From Perna viridis (taxonomy: Eukaryota), in the NCBI GenBank assembly GCA_037379345.1, contig CM074517.1, forward strand, positions 13,330,001 through 13,394,000: a DNA stretch of 64,000 nucleotides, read 5' to 3'. The stretch's first letter is position 1, and each line of letters opens with the position of its first letter. This document shows, piece by piece, positions 15,101 through 30,100 of the stretch. The notes beneath the pieces are model-generated. The model saw only the letters and a list, made by a program, of their open reading frames with translations, did not search any database and was not told where the DNA came from. Both the position numbers and the translations under genes were made by a program.

Positions 15101-18100
15101 TCCCAATCTGGTTTCTGTTTTCAACAATCTTTTCCAAGCTTAAGGTATTTTTTTTTGAAAAAATATTTCTCAGTTAGGTAAAGATTAATACATGTGTAAT
15201 TTTGTACGATATTCTTCCATTTTTTAATACTTGTTGTCACACACACAGGTATAATTTTCATTTTTCAATGGTTGATGATTATTTTACAGCATGCTACAAG
15301 GTTTAGTAGACTTTGATGGATATTACCTTGAGAGTGACCCTTGTCTGGTTTGTAACAATCCAGAAGTTCCTTATACAGTAAGTATTGTATTTTCATACCT
15401 AGGGGTCAAATTACCATAACAGGCCTGGGTTTCCCTTAAAAAAATTAAAATCGAAATTTTCCTTAAGTCCTTGAGTCTGTCCTTGAATCTTTAATTTCAA
15501 GTGATTTGATTGGTTGAACTTTTAGTAAAGGAAGGATTTTAGGAACATCTCAGCTTGAGATTCTTTATGAAGTTAGGCCCAGATCTTCATTTAGTATGAA
15601 ATCAGAAATACAGAAATTTTGATTTTTCTTTTTAATTAGATTTTCAAAATATTTTTTTTAGTTATTTTACATCTCCCTAGAACATATCACTGCTGTGCAC
15701 AAATCAAAATGTAATTTACATGCTGTCATATACACTTGAATTAGTTTAAAATATTATTTATATATTATAAAAATGCATTGATCTTTGTTACAGAGTCTGA
15801 AACTGTCTGCAATCAAAGTGGACTCAAAATTCACTACAACTACACAGATAATAAAGCTGGTTGGAAGCCACAACATCTCTAAAATATCACTCAGAATCAG
15901 TGACCTGAAGAGGACAAAAATGGTGAGAAAATTTAAAATTAAAAAGAAATTTTCATTTTTAAATTTTATTTGTATAGAATGTGTATGAAGTACTGTCATT
16001 TTAGTTTACTTTATGATTCTTGAAAAAAATTGTTGTCAAGCCAAAAAGAAAGCACAGATGTTGTTAAGGAGACAGTGTTATTTAATTTTAGTTCTCATTA
16101 CACCTTCAGAAGTTTGAATGGTTGATTTAGCCCAATAAATTTGTGATTTCATGTCAAAGATTTTGATCAGTGCTTCACTTGTTGTTCTCTGAACTTCTTT
16201 AATGTAACAAAATTGCAACAAAATGTAAGTAGAACAGTATATGGATTTACATGGAAGTAGACCAGGATTTGATGCCCCACTTAACTAGTGAATGTTCTTA
16301 TGAAATCACCTTGTTCGTCTGTCCAGATTTCGTCACAATAATCTTCAATCTTATTGAATGGATGTATTTCAAATTTGGTGTGTGGCTTTATAAAGATGGG
16401 GCTTACCTTTTAAGTAAATTTTGGTTGTCTTTCTGTCTGATATCAACTTCCTGTAAGTGTTGGGGTATACGTACTAAAGCATGACATCAATGTTTATCCC
16501 CTTTTAGGTAAGAGTAATCAATTTCTACTACAACAACAGGACAGTACAAGCTGTGGTGGAACTGAAGAACAAGTATGTCATTATTTGTACTTGTATGTTA
16601 ATATTTCTTTAATGCTTCCCTTTTTAACCCAATGTTTTGGCACAAATGTTACATAAATCTTTGTGGTCAGTAAAATTTTTTGACATATTACAAATATGTT
16701 TTTCTTTGATTTTTTATTAAACTTAAGAGGCCTTGATACAAACCACATTTGTTAAGCATATTGGTGAGAGCTGTAGCTATACAGTAAACCTCTCTAAACC
16801 AAACTCTTCGTGAGATATGTAGTATACACTAACCCCCTTGATAAACTTGAAACTATTGGACATCTTCTGAAGTTCTAAGAATTTTTAATTTGTATTAAAC
16901 ACAAACACAAGTTTTAACATTACAAACCTTCAGTAATATTGGGTTTTAGTCAGGTTTTAACATAACAAACCTTCAGTAATATTGGGTTTTAGACAGGTCT
17001 TAACATAAGAAACCTTCAGTAATATTGGGTTTTTGACAGGTCTGAACATAAGAAACCTTCAGTAATATTGGGTTTTTGACAGGTCTTAACATAAGAAACC
17101 TTCAGTAATATTGGGTTTTTGACAGGTCTTAACATAAGAAACCTTCAGTAATATTGGGTTTTAGACAGGTTTTAACATAAGAAACCTTCAGAAATATTGG
17201 GTTTTGGACAGGTTTTACTGTATTAAAAATATGGTAATGAGAAAAATTACTCCTAGGTGACAACTAACATTTTCTATGAAATCAGTATAGTTAACTTCTA
17301 TTTATTTTTTTTTTAGACCAGGATTGTGGCATAAGGCTAAGACAGTTGTCCTTACCTCAGGACAGACAGATGTTAAGGTAAATTTTATCATTTATTTACA
17401 CTGAATGAACCATTAACTGGAAGTAACCTTTATGCACCTGCGTGTACATTTTTAATTAATACCAATTTAAGTGTTTCATAATGATCATAATCATAATTTC
17501 ATAACTGCGTAATTAATAATATTGTATAAATAATATTAAAAATTCCAAGTTGATGTCTTTCTGAAAGAATGATTTACTAAACTTGTCTGTTTCAGGTTGA
17601 ATTCCCTATTCCAATTGTGGCCTGCAATTTGATGATAGAGTATGCTGATTTCTATGACAACCTACAAGCAACAGCTGAGACCTTACAATGCCCACGGTGT
17701 AGTGCCTCAGTCCCTGCAACTCCTGGTGTATGTGGAAACTGTGGAGAAAATGTATTCCAGTGTCACAAGTGCAGGTAGATATAACTATTGTAGATGCTTA
17801 TTAATTCAGTTGTTGCATCTCACTTTATGAAATGAAGCAAAAGCGAGAATTTCTTTTCAAAAATTTTTTTTTTTTATTATTGTTTCTAATAATTACAAAT
17901 ATTTAAGTAGCTGTCTTTGTAAGAATCATGCAAAATCTGAAAAATGTGATACACCCTAAAAAAGGCTACATATTTTTATTTTTGTAATTAAGCTGTTTTA
18001 TGGGTTTATACTTTGAAATGTGTAATTATTCATTCAAATCTGCCTGCTCTTAGGAGATAATCAACATTGAAAATCCAGTAGATTCTATTGTATTTGAGCG

Positions 18101-21100
18101 TCATTTACAGAGTTATCTCCCTTAATTTTGAAATCTACAGTGCATTCTGTACAATTTTAATCTCCTAAGAGCACGGGTTATATGAAAAACTGAATGTTAA
18201 TTTCTGTTTACTATGGCAATTCAAACAAAATATCAAAAATAAAAATATGTAGGTTTTACCCATGAATCACATTTTGCATGATCCTTAGCTGGAGTGCTAC
18301 TTAACATCAAATACAAGGTTATATTTGTGTGGATAGTTTTGTTTGTGCTTATCTTTTTAAACACCAGTAATTAATTCCTAGAGCAATCATGTATATTATT
18401 ATTATTATGTTAAGAAATACTAAAATGAAAATATGAAATTTTTATTGTTAAAAATAACATGACATAAAAGTCCAGTATGAATATATACATTTCAGACAAA
18501 ATAAACTATCCAACCTTATATGAATATTGTAATATTGGAAAACTTGTGTTTAGGTTCCTATGAAATTATAGACAAGTATTTAATGTTAGTATCAGGGATG
18601 ATTTTCTTCCATCTTTAGTGGATATCCATTTGGTTAAAAACCTGTTTGTCCATTACAAACGTATCTGTTTATTTATTTCCACATTTACCAGTTTTCCCCT
18701 CCCCTGTTGTTCCTCCTTAAATGATGTCTATAGTAGTCATTAATATAATTATAAATCCTGTACTTTGTCCATTTACAGAGCCATTAACTATGATGAGAAG
18801 GATCCTTTCCTATGTAATGCCTGTGGTTTCTGTAAATATGCCAAGTTTGATTACACTCTGACCGCCAGACAATGCTGTGCTGTGGATCCTATAGAAAATG
18901 AAGAAGACAGAAAGAAGGTAGTATTTATGTTCATTAAGGATGTGTTAAGCTCTACAGTCTTTGTAAACTTGTTGAACTGTCTTTCATTTCCATTTAAAAG
19001 TACATGAACTTTATTCTGAATAAGATTTGTGCAGTTGTTTTCTTCCATAAAGTACAGACCAGTAAAACCTTATTTGGTCCAGTAAAAATTTTAAAAAATT
19101 CATATGATCAAAGTTCCAATAAAAAAATTGAAAGTTTTTGGACTTGGTTCTATTCATATAGCACCCTTTACAGTGTTTAAGTATGACAGTACATCAGACA
19201 TACTTAGTTTTATGCTGATTTAATCTCTGCTGTTCTGGAATTCATCCAAAACCTGAATGAAAATCTTCCAAGTTCCTTCAGATAGAGTTAATTCTTACAC
19301 ATCAAGCTAGAAAATAGTTTATATATATATGTATGTATGTATCTTTACACTGGAGATTGATAAGGTGTTTGTTCCCCCAGATTTTGGGGAAAAAAATATA
19401 TGAACCCTGATCTTACTTGTCATAGTTGTTAAGATTGTTGTAAAGTGTGAAGAGTTTTAAACTTTCTCTGATTAATGATTGGTTAATGATTATCACTTTT
19501 TAGCCACAAGAATCACACCCATATATAGGTTATAACTGATCATAAACACTGCCTATGTATACTAAAAAACTAAGCATTAACTTACTTATATACATATTGT
19601 TTGTATTAAATCTCCGTAGGCTATAACGACCATCAACACTTTACTGGAGAAAGCAGACAGGATCTACAAACAACTCCAACAACACAGACCTGTGTTAGAG
19701 AAACTTCTGATACAAGTAACTGAACATGGATCAGAGAGATTGGTGGGTATTGGAATTATGAAATAAACTTTTATCTATTAAGCCTGCACTGTATTTTGTA
19801 AAAGTCTTGTATTTTCTTCATTTTGATTTGTGTGAGAAAAGTTAGACATTTTAGAAATTTTTGGCCTATTTTATCAGTTGATACAGAACAGCATAAAATA
19901 ATTGCTTCAGTGTTAACTTACAACATTTTATTACATCTGAATATTTAAATGAAAGAAACTGTTTACAAATTGATAGAATTTATGTATTTTTACATTTATG
20001 CCATCTGTTTTTATTGAAGTGTTTTGTATTTAAGGATGATTTACCACCTCAGTCAGGAGGGGGCAGTTCTTCTAATGTTCCATCTAGTAATGTCAACAAA
20101 GCTATACAGTCCCTTGCCATGAAATACTGCAGTGAATGTAAATCATCATTTGATGAACTCAGCAAGATCATACAGGTACTATCAGTTCAGATCAGTTGCA
20201 ATATATTTGCTAGTGAGAACCATTTTGTTTAAAAAAAAGGTCATATTTGAGCACCTTTATTATACATCAGCCCTATAGAAAAACAGAGATGTGGGATGAT
20301 TTAAATGAGACTGACACTCTTCAGCAAAATCAGTTGTTTGGGATGTTGACGTGTCACGAATTGTCATTTGCATGTATGTTGAATATACATTTCAGAGATC
20401 AAAGTATCATTTTGAGAAACCAGTTGATTGATACATTGTGTTACAGTGAGTAACATGGTTAACTTTAGGGAATGGAGTTGGTCTTCCCTGGATTTACTGA
20501 CCATTACCATAAGAAATGATCTTACATATAGGTAGTTAGTTGGACTATTAACATAAGGATTTGAACTATCTTATCCTTTCATAGGTATTTTAATCAAGTT
20601 TGATAGAATGTTTAAATCTCTTTTGTCCATTGTCCCATTTACTACGTAAGGAAGTACATTAGTTGATCGTCATTGAATCATGAGAAAACCAACTATATTC
20701 CCAGAAATTAACTATATTACTTGCTGTTGAGGTAGCTTACTGCTATAAACGTACTAATTTTTGCAGTGTTCTAATTTTTGCTATTTTTTGTGGTTGACAG
20801 AAAAAATGCAAAAAATAATACCCTTGAAATTGGTATTTAAACTATATTATGCTTTTGAAACCGCGAAAATTGATACTCACGAAAATTAATACGTTTACAG
20901 TATTTTTTCATCATAGAGGAGGATAACATTTTTAAATACTTGTACTGTATGAACAATTGTCATAAGTGAAACAACAGTACTTGTAAGTTACCTAACACTC
21001 TGAACTTTGTTTTACTGATAATAGAAAGTTCTAGCATGCCGTAAAGAGTTGGTAGAGTATGACTGTCAACAGAGAGAGGCTGTGTCAGCTGCTTCACAAG

Positions 21101-24100
21101 TCTCACCAGTATCCAGTCCCAGAGATGATCCTTTAATGAAGGCCAAACCAGCGCCATCTTGTAAACCCAAGATGACCAAAGACAGGTTAGATCTTCTCAT
21201 TATTATACCCTCTACTTGCAAAGTGGGTGAATATATTGTAATGGGGGTGTCTGTCCTTCCATCTCTCCTTTCTTCTGTTTTACAAGGGTGACATCTCTTA
21301 TCTGTTACTCCTCCTACACCACTAAATGGAATTTAATATAACTTTCACAGAATCTTGATTACTTGTTCCCATTGTGCACCATCTAATCTACTTTTTGATG
21401 AGAATCAGTTTTGGGGTTTCACAAAGGAAAAAATGAACATTGTTGTGTCTGAATATGGGGATAAGGGGGGACCCATCCTCTTATCCGTTAATTCTCCTTC
21501 ACCACTAGATGGAATTGAATGAAATTTTTACAGGATCTTTGTTACATGTTCCGACTGTGCACCTCCTATTTTAGATTTTAATCAAAATTAATATGGACGT
21601 TGAAAGTTGTTATCATGGGGGAGTGGGGGTATCAAGTTAGTGAGCAATACTCACAGTTATTCTAGTTTTATTATTTAGTTAGTGTTGAAATAAATTGTTT
21701 TAAGTTTCCTGAATATCATCCTGGTTGTATTGTTATAGAATGTTTTCAATGAATGTGTTAAGTCAAGAGTGATATCTATTAGTCACATCAATAGCTATAC
21801 CATTCTGTAGTGGAACTCTACTTAACGTCTTAAGATTCTTTCATATGAAACCAATTCATTACATATGTTTATGAATTGATAATCTACTTGAACTTTTTAT
21901 TAATGACAAATGATGGAATATAACACCTTGTAAAATATGAAATGATGTAAAAAGTAATGTTCTGTGGAGTAAATGCTGATAGGTTGGGCTAGATGATTAA
22001 TTTTAACTCCTCTATACATGAAAACCTGATGGAATTTTCTAATTTTTTATTCCTGTCATTTACATGTATTTGTTACAATTCATCCTTTATTCCTTCCCAA
22101 CATTATCAATTTGTGACCATTTCTCACATTAATCATAGTTTTTTAATTGAATACAAACTTTCTCTTTCCAGTGTGAAAGCCAGCAATTGTTATGGATGTG
22201 CTAGTTCAGCTGTTGAACATTGCATAACCTTACTTAGAGCTCTAGTTACCAATACCAACTTGAGACAGATCCTTTGTGGACAGGTCAGTTTCATTACTCT
22301 CGATTTATGGACTACTATTAAGTAACAAAAGGAAATTGACTGAAAATTAAGAATAATATAAAGGGTTAATTATCATTGGGGTAAATATAGACTCCTGAGA
22401 ATATTTACAGATGTATATCATGTACCAGTACTTGTATCTATGGAAGAAGTTCTTTTTGTCATTGTTGGCTTGATAATTATTTTTTAAATGACGTCCGATT
22501 ATTGAACTATCATATAGTGTGCATATTCGTAACATTTTTGCATACTTTTTTGTGTGCCTTTTGATAAAATTTGAATTTCTATAATGCCGTGTTTCTAGGG
22601 TATGATCAAAGAACTGATAGACTACAACCTGCGTCATGGATCATTACAAGTGAGGAATGAGGTCAGATCATTGTTATGTCTCCTCACCAAGGATAACAGG
22701 AGAGGGACGGAGGAAATGAACAACCTAGTGATGACCAGGATAGCTTCAACACTGAAAGGTTATCTGTCTAATCCTGATCTGGTAAGAACATCAACTATAA
22801 ACCAATTTAGAATAACAACCTATTTAATTTCATGAGAAGGAAAAATCGTGAAAACAAGATGCTATGAAAATGTTCCCTCAGTAGAAGCATTTATGTTTTA
22901 CATAATGTTTATTGCAAATAGCAGCAGTAATGGATAGATATCATGAAATGTGATAGTTATAATAATTATACAGGAAAAATATGTTGGTTTACAGTATGGA
23001 TAATTGAGTTTTTAATTGTGAAGACAACTTAGTTAAATGTAAACTTATTAAGGACAATATGATTTAAGGGTAATCTGTTTCTTTTTAACATAAAGAGCCA
23101 ATTTTAATCATGGAATCAAACGTAATGAAATCGGACCAGGTTTTCTCCTGCTTTTTTAATGCAAATTTTATTGAGACCATTACTGTATACATGTATATAC
23201 TTTTTATTTTTTTTTGTCAAATTTCGCTGTGTTTGTTGACCTTGTAAAATCAGGTCATTGATATACAACACTTTAAATATATACAGCATATATGAGAGAA
23301 ATAAAATATTGTATAACTTTTTATTTGTAGGGTTCATCAGTACGACATGAAATCATGCTGCTGGCTTCCTCATTACAACAGGAGGATAGTTGTTGGGAGC
23401 AAAGAATTAGATGTGGTAGGTACTAAACATAGATGTACTCTGAGGGGTTTGCTCTAGTTAGAAAATGGTCCTTCATGACAAATTTAAAATTATATCTAAA
23501 TTGAAAAAGAATATTTAAATATCAGTTTGTGTCTTTTAAATGAAATGAAGTTATAATTTTGAAATTGTATTTTCTTTTTTAATACTTGAAGCATTTTGTG
23601 TCTTTGGAAGATGATAAAAATTTGAAGCAATATATTTCCCTAACAATAGATGTAACAACAAACGAGGGAGGCAGTCGTAGTGATGTTTATTTTGTTGTTT
23701 GCTTAAGTATAAAAAAGGAATGGGTCACAATATTTCGTTAGTTTCTTTATTAATTAAAACTAATTTTTTCTGTATTGTCATAAATTATGAGTTAACTATT
23801 TTTATACTAAATTAAACTATTGATTGTTTGCAGTGATGAGGTTATTCCTGATGGGAATGCAGATGAAGAACCCTGTAATAACAGACTGTGTTACATTACC
23901 TTGTCTTAGGATACTCCAACATCTTATGAAAGCAGATAATAAAAAGGTTTGTTTCTTTATTATGTTATTTTTGTTGATTTTAGACACTGAACTTAATGAT
24001 GAGGTCATGATAGTTTTCTGATGCAGTATAATGACAATTGATGAATTTAATGCAGGATTTAGCCACTGTCACCACATACTATGCATGTAAAGGTTTTTTT

Positions 24101-27100
24101 TTTATCAAAAATATATTTTTAAAAAATCCCAATTCTACAAATGTCAAATGATATGTTACTCAATATATATATCTGCCCCTGAGAGATTCAGATGCTGATA
24201 TGGTCTTTTTGTCATATTAGAATAGAAGTACTGCATGTTAGGTGTGGTGATATACTTATTTACACATGGATTGGCTTTTATATTTAAGAAATTAATTACA
24301 GAAACTCCATTTTATCATTGTTTTACCATGGGCTGGCTATTATGTCGCATTGTTTTAACCTGAGTGATGGGACTAGTTTCTTCATATTGTTGAATAGGCA
24401 CAGTCTATGACGTTGGTCATATGTGTATCACTTTTTTTCATGGCTGTGATGTTAAAGGCTTTGAAGCATGTCATATTAGAATTGGATTTTTTTTAATGCA
24501 CAGTATTAAATAATTGAATATAAAGACCCAGCTCATGAATAAATTAGTACAACATTATACCCCCATGAATTGTTTCTTAAATTGAGAATTAGCCCATGTC
24601 TTCAATTTCAGGGGATCCAATTGGTTGAAACTTAGATGAGGAAGTTATTTTTTAAAACAACTGGACCCTGGATTCAGATTGATTATACAATGTGTACAAC
24701 CAATTACTATTTTTAATTACACTTACGGCACTTCCTTTTCACAGGATAGACTGTCAGCTGAAGCTGAGGTTCTGAAGCAACTTCCTGCTGATCTCCATGT
24801 CAACAGTAAACAGTGGCTGACTGGAGATCATAAACACTCCTTCCAAAACTGGAGAAAAATATTACCGAAAAGAGGTGTGTGAACTTATAAAAATCTTATA
24901 TTTGACTGTAAACAGTGTCATCTTCATAATCAGTATTAGCACTATGTTATACTGGTGATCATTAATATTGATTAATAGAAAACATTGAATAAAAATGTTG
25001 TACGGAGGTCATTGTTTAAATATAAGTATAATCAAGGAGACCATGATTAGAACAATCCTGACAAAATGCATTTGGATTATGGACCAAGTGTACTGATAGG
25101 GTATGCTTCCTTTGTTTTCTATGAACACCAGGTAATACTAGACCTCGTATAACTAGAACATATTTGCCTGGTCCCTCAGACTTCGACTTAAACAAGATTT
25201 GACTGTATGATGATTATGTTTTAGAAAGAAAAAGTTAACTTCAAAACAGGTTGAGAAAAATGTTAAGTGAACATAAATTAAGTTGGATCTGTTTTTAGCT
25301 GTACCAGAGAAGACTGAAGGGGAGAAATCTGACACTAAACCTGACCAAGAGGAAGCTAAAAAAGTCACAAGAGCTCTTTATCTCACTGAGAAATATGTTG
25401 GCAGATGGAGACAAAAAATGAGCAAGACTCCTGCAGTAAACCTGAAATTGACTCAGACTTCTTGGCTACAACAAACAATGTTCTCATTGTCCTCTAGGAC
25501 AGCTAGACAGACAGCCTGTAATATCATTGAGTCTATTGCTCAGATACCCAGTAGAAGGAAGGAAATAATTGATATGTTAACTAAGTATGTTGATAATCAG
25601 TCTTTATATAGAGAGACTATTAAAATACCAGTCTTAATAAAAATCAGACTAGAGATGGTTCATGCATGTCTAAAACTTACAAAATTTGTTTATCAATTGG
25701 TTGTTGCATTTTTAGAAAAAAAAAAAGTTGTAAATTTTACATGAAAATGGTGCTTTGTAAAAGTTGTTATTTTTTATTTAATTGGTTCAAGAGTGGTGAA
25801 TGTATGGTTTTCTGAAAAATACAAATTTATTTTCAGAAAGGACAGCTATGGTATGATAAAAAAAAGAAAACAGTGTTTGTTTGGTTGTTTTTTTTTTCAG
25901 CACCTCTGAATCAGCTGTACCATTGGCAGTGGCAGTTTGCTACTGATTGATACTTAAACCAATTTGATACATTTCCAATTTAGGCAGTCCTTTAATTAGT
26001 CATCATAGATAGTTAAGCACTTTCAGAAAAGTGTACAGTTCCATGCACACACAGAATACACACATGATCCACAGAACTAATGATTGTAATATACAGAGCA
26101 CAAGAGTGAAATGTCCTTAGCAAAATTGTTAAATTTGAGAATATACTATGAATTTGATTATAAAAGAATTTTGAAAGAATAGATACATTTCAAAATGGTG
26201 AAGAAGTACTTTGAAAAAGTTACGAAGTGATGTGATACATTTCACATATACATGTATAAATTAGTACGAATTCCGAGGTGACATTGATTTAAATTGCCTA
26301 CATAGTCAAAATCCCAACTATGGAACATATGTACCTATTTCAAATGTTCTTGATAAAGGTGCATCCTTCTACTGCATTTATAATCTGCTTTAGGTGTTTG
26401 GATGGTATTTGTAAGAGTGGAGAGAGCAGTTCTGAGTTCCTGAACCTGTACAAGAAACTGATACAACCTGCACACTGGAAATATTACCTGGCTATTAAAG
26501 GTGTTATGTTACACCTGGGTGACCTTATTACACAGGTAAATAGTGTTTTTCTAGACGTTAAATGTAAAATTTGTTTATATATATATATTTTTTTTTATCT
26601 ATTTTTGATTTTACTTTTAGTTGACTTGGTTTATGTTTGAAGTACTACATGTATGATATTTCTGTGTTTCAGGAAGTAGAGATTTTACAACATTTAGAAG
26701 ATACCACCCTCAGTTCTGATCTAGCTCAGGGATTTGCATTGAAATCACTCACTGGTAAGGCAATAATAATCAATGCTGTTTGAACCAAATCATTCTATGT
26801 CTGTCTGTATAAGGTTTGTGACCACATTAATTAGTGATTTAATTAGAAATTGGGTGATTGTTGATTGTTGTGGTAGAGATTTGTTTCAATATCATAAATT
26901 TCTCTCCTGAAAACATGTTCTATTTTTAATTCCAGTATTTTTAAATATTTGAATAACTGTGAGAAGATCTTCTTCCATAATATCCAAAACTTACTATATT
27001 ATAATGGTTTGTTGATTTTTCAGAGTTGTTAGCTCAGTTTGTTGAACAGGATGTACTGAAACAGCACTACAAGAACAAGCTGGTGGGATATGTACTGAAT

Positions 27101-30100
27101 GGATACCTAAGTCTTAGAAAGTTGGTGGTACAGAGAACTAAACTGATTGATGAAACACAGGATAAACTCCTGGAACTTCTGGAAGAATTGACTAGTGGCA
27201 AGTTTTATGTGCATAAGTTCTCATCACAGGCCATATTTTTCTTGTTTTGTTTAAGGATATTTACTTGGTGTAGTTAAATATTTTCCCAAATACAAATGCT
27301 TAAAATGAGGCATCCAATTTAACTGTTCATCATGGTTCCTTTGAGAGACTTTAGTTGTTCATAATGGATTTTCATGTAGCTTTTACATGAATGATAAGAT
27401 CTACCCCTACACATCATAGTGAATTGAATTCAATAGGTAAAGGTTCAAGGTCAGTGTTACTTAAAATGGATTTTGAAAGGCAGGAATGTGTATTTTCTGA
27501 TATGAATCAGATAAAATGACCAGTATGCATTTCAGATGGACATAAATATGTGGACCTTTGAAAAATAAAATTCTATTATGCTCAATTATTTGTTTCCTTT
27601 GTAGGTACTGACTCTGAGACCAAAGAGTTTATGCAGGTGTGTGTGAAGACTGTGAAGAAATACCCTGCTGATGATTATAGATCTCCTGTCTTTATATTTG
27701 AACGACTTTGTAGCATCATTTTCCCTGTAAGTATTGTAATACATGTATTACAAAACAGACAGATAAATATAATTCCATTGTGAAAATTGGTGTGAATTTT
27801 TGTTTTTATTTTTGTACTATAAAACAAATAATCTGATTTGCTTTATTCTAATCCTAAATATTACATCAGCATGTCTTGAAGAAAGAAAAAAAATGTTTTC
27901 TTTTTAAATTTCTCCAGGCATCTTTTTCAATTAAGAGTATTTAAGCAATGTGCCCAATTTTTTTTATATGTTTCTCAAAATGTTTTGAAGGAGGAAAATG
28001 ATGTTGAGGAATTTCTCCTTATCCTCGAGAAAGACCCCCAGCAAGAAGACTTTTTACAGGGGAGGATGTTAGGCAATCCTTATAGCTGTAATGAACCTGG
28101 ACTTGGACCCCTAATGAGGGATGTCAAAAACAAAATCTGTCAAGGTATATATTGTTCAGAATAGTAAACAAAATCTGTCACGGTATGTATTGTTCAGAAT
28201 AGTAAACAAAATCTGTCACGGTATGTATTGTTCAGAATAGTAATTAAAATTTTCAGAAGGTATGTATTGTTCAGAATAGTAATTAAAATTTTCAGAAGGT
28301 ATGTATTGTTCAGAATAGTAATTAAAATTTTCAGAAGGGCTTCGTATTGAAATCTAACTTTGTTCACGTTAAATTTGATTAATTTGTGAAGATTATGTGC
28401 AAGGAACTTGTTTTAAATGGATAATTTTAATTTTAGATAATGCATATGCAATTTTTATACTGTTGCCCTCACAGCAAGTTGTGGATAGATGTTGATCCTT
28501 CTGTCCATACATTGGTTTCTTGAAGAACTTTTCATCCTTATTTTTAGCATAATAATATTGATACAGGTCAGGGTCAAGATTAGCTTTAGACTTTATTTGA
28601 CATGTCACTATATGCAATTGAGAATTTTGACTCTTTTCAAAGTTTAAAACATTTGGAACATGGACTCTAGATCATCGAATCAACATTTGTATAATATGTA
28701 TAGAAAAGTTAAGTCTTAATTGAATGGACAGTGCATGTGATTTATACTCTTTACAGATTGTGAACTGGTTGCTCTTCTGGAAGATGATAATGGAATGGAG
28801 GTATACATTACAAGATAACTTGTAGACATTTTATTAGGATATTTTAATTACCTATTTAAATGAACAGAGTTTGTAAGTATTGTTTCAGTTTCCCTTCTGG
28901 AATTTCCGAGGTAGAACGTATTGAAATCTGAAGACAAATCTGCATTTTATTGTTTACTTTGCTTTTAATATTGAACTCAATGCTTTGTTAATGATGAATC
29001 TTATTGCATTTGAATGGTAGACGAGGACCCATTCTCATGTAACCATGGAGTCATGTGACGAGACTTACATACCCTGTACCAGTACTTAAAAAAAGTTAAT
29101 TTGGATGAGCCGTGTAAATTTTATTTATATTTTTTTGTTATAGTTGAGTAATGAAATCTTTTTTCACATACATGTACTTTAGTTGTTGCTTTTTTGGTCT
29201 ACACAGTTTAATTTAATGTATTTTTAGTTTTAAATTTCAAGTGCAAAAAGTATATTTATTAAGTAGGAAATACAAAATTGACAAAAATAAGGTTATATGA
29301 ATAGTGATTTCTTTTTGTTACTATAGAATCTAAACTCCTTTACTTTTTCCAGCTATTGGTAAATAAGAAGATTATAAGTTTGGACCTACCTGTGAAAGAA
29401 GTGTACAAGAAGGTCTGGGCCCCTGAACACGGAGAAGTAAGTATCACAGGATATGTCTCATGGTTGTAATGGAAAAAAAAGGGAAATAGTTCAATACAGT
29501 AGAATGTTTATTTGAAGCTAAGTCTATTCAATAAAATAAGCAAATCTTGTAGTCAACAATATATAATTTTAGTAATTTTTACTACTAAATGCTACAGGTC
29601 ATTCTGAAAACTGGCTGATATATAACAAAACAGCACTGAAACCAATGACTATTTTGCAAACATCATTTTGTAATCTGTATAAATTAGGATGTAACAAAAC
29701 TTCATATTACTATTAAAGGGAGAGCCCATGCCAGTTATTTATAGAATGAGAGGTTTACTGGGAGATGCCACTGAAGACATGGTCAACTCCCTTGATACAA
29801 ACACTGGTAAGATTTCTAGTAAATACATGTAATTTATGCGACAAAATTGGAATATAATTCCAGGATGAAAATTTGGTTGAAGAGTTTACAATAATTTATG
29901 ATTATAAGTTAGGCAATTTTGCTATTACCTTTATTTAAAGCCAACAATACCAGAAATAAGGTTGATAAGATAATATATTTGTCATGATTGTGAACCAATA
30001 CAATATGTAAACAAGCTTATTAAACCGAATGCAACGCATGCAGGTATTAACATAATTTTTGGTAAATAAGTTCACCATAATAAGTTACAGGTCAATTTTA

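Noticed and set aside
16914-17213. CRISPR-like array
   Set aside because: Eukaryotic intron with contiguous units and no unique spacers.
23996-24021. C/D-box snoRNA-like ATGATGA...CTGA
   Set aside because: The boxes are too close together and there is no terminal stem.
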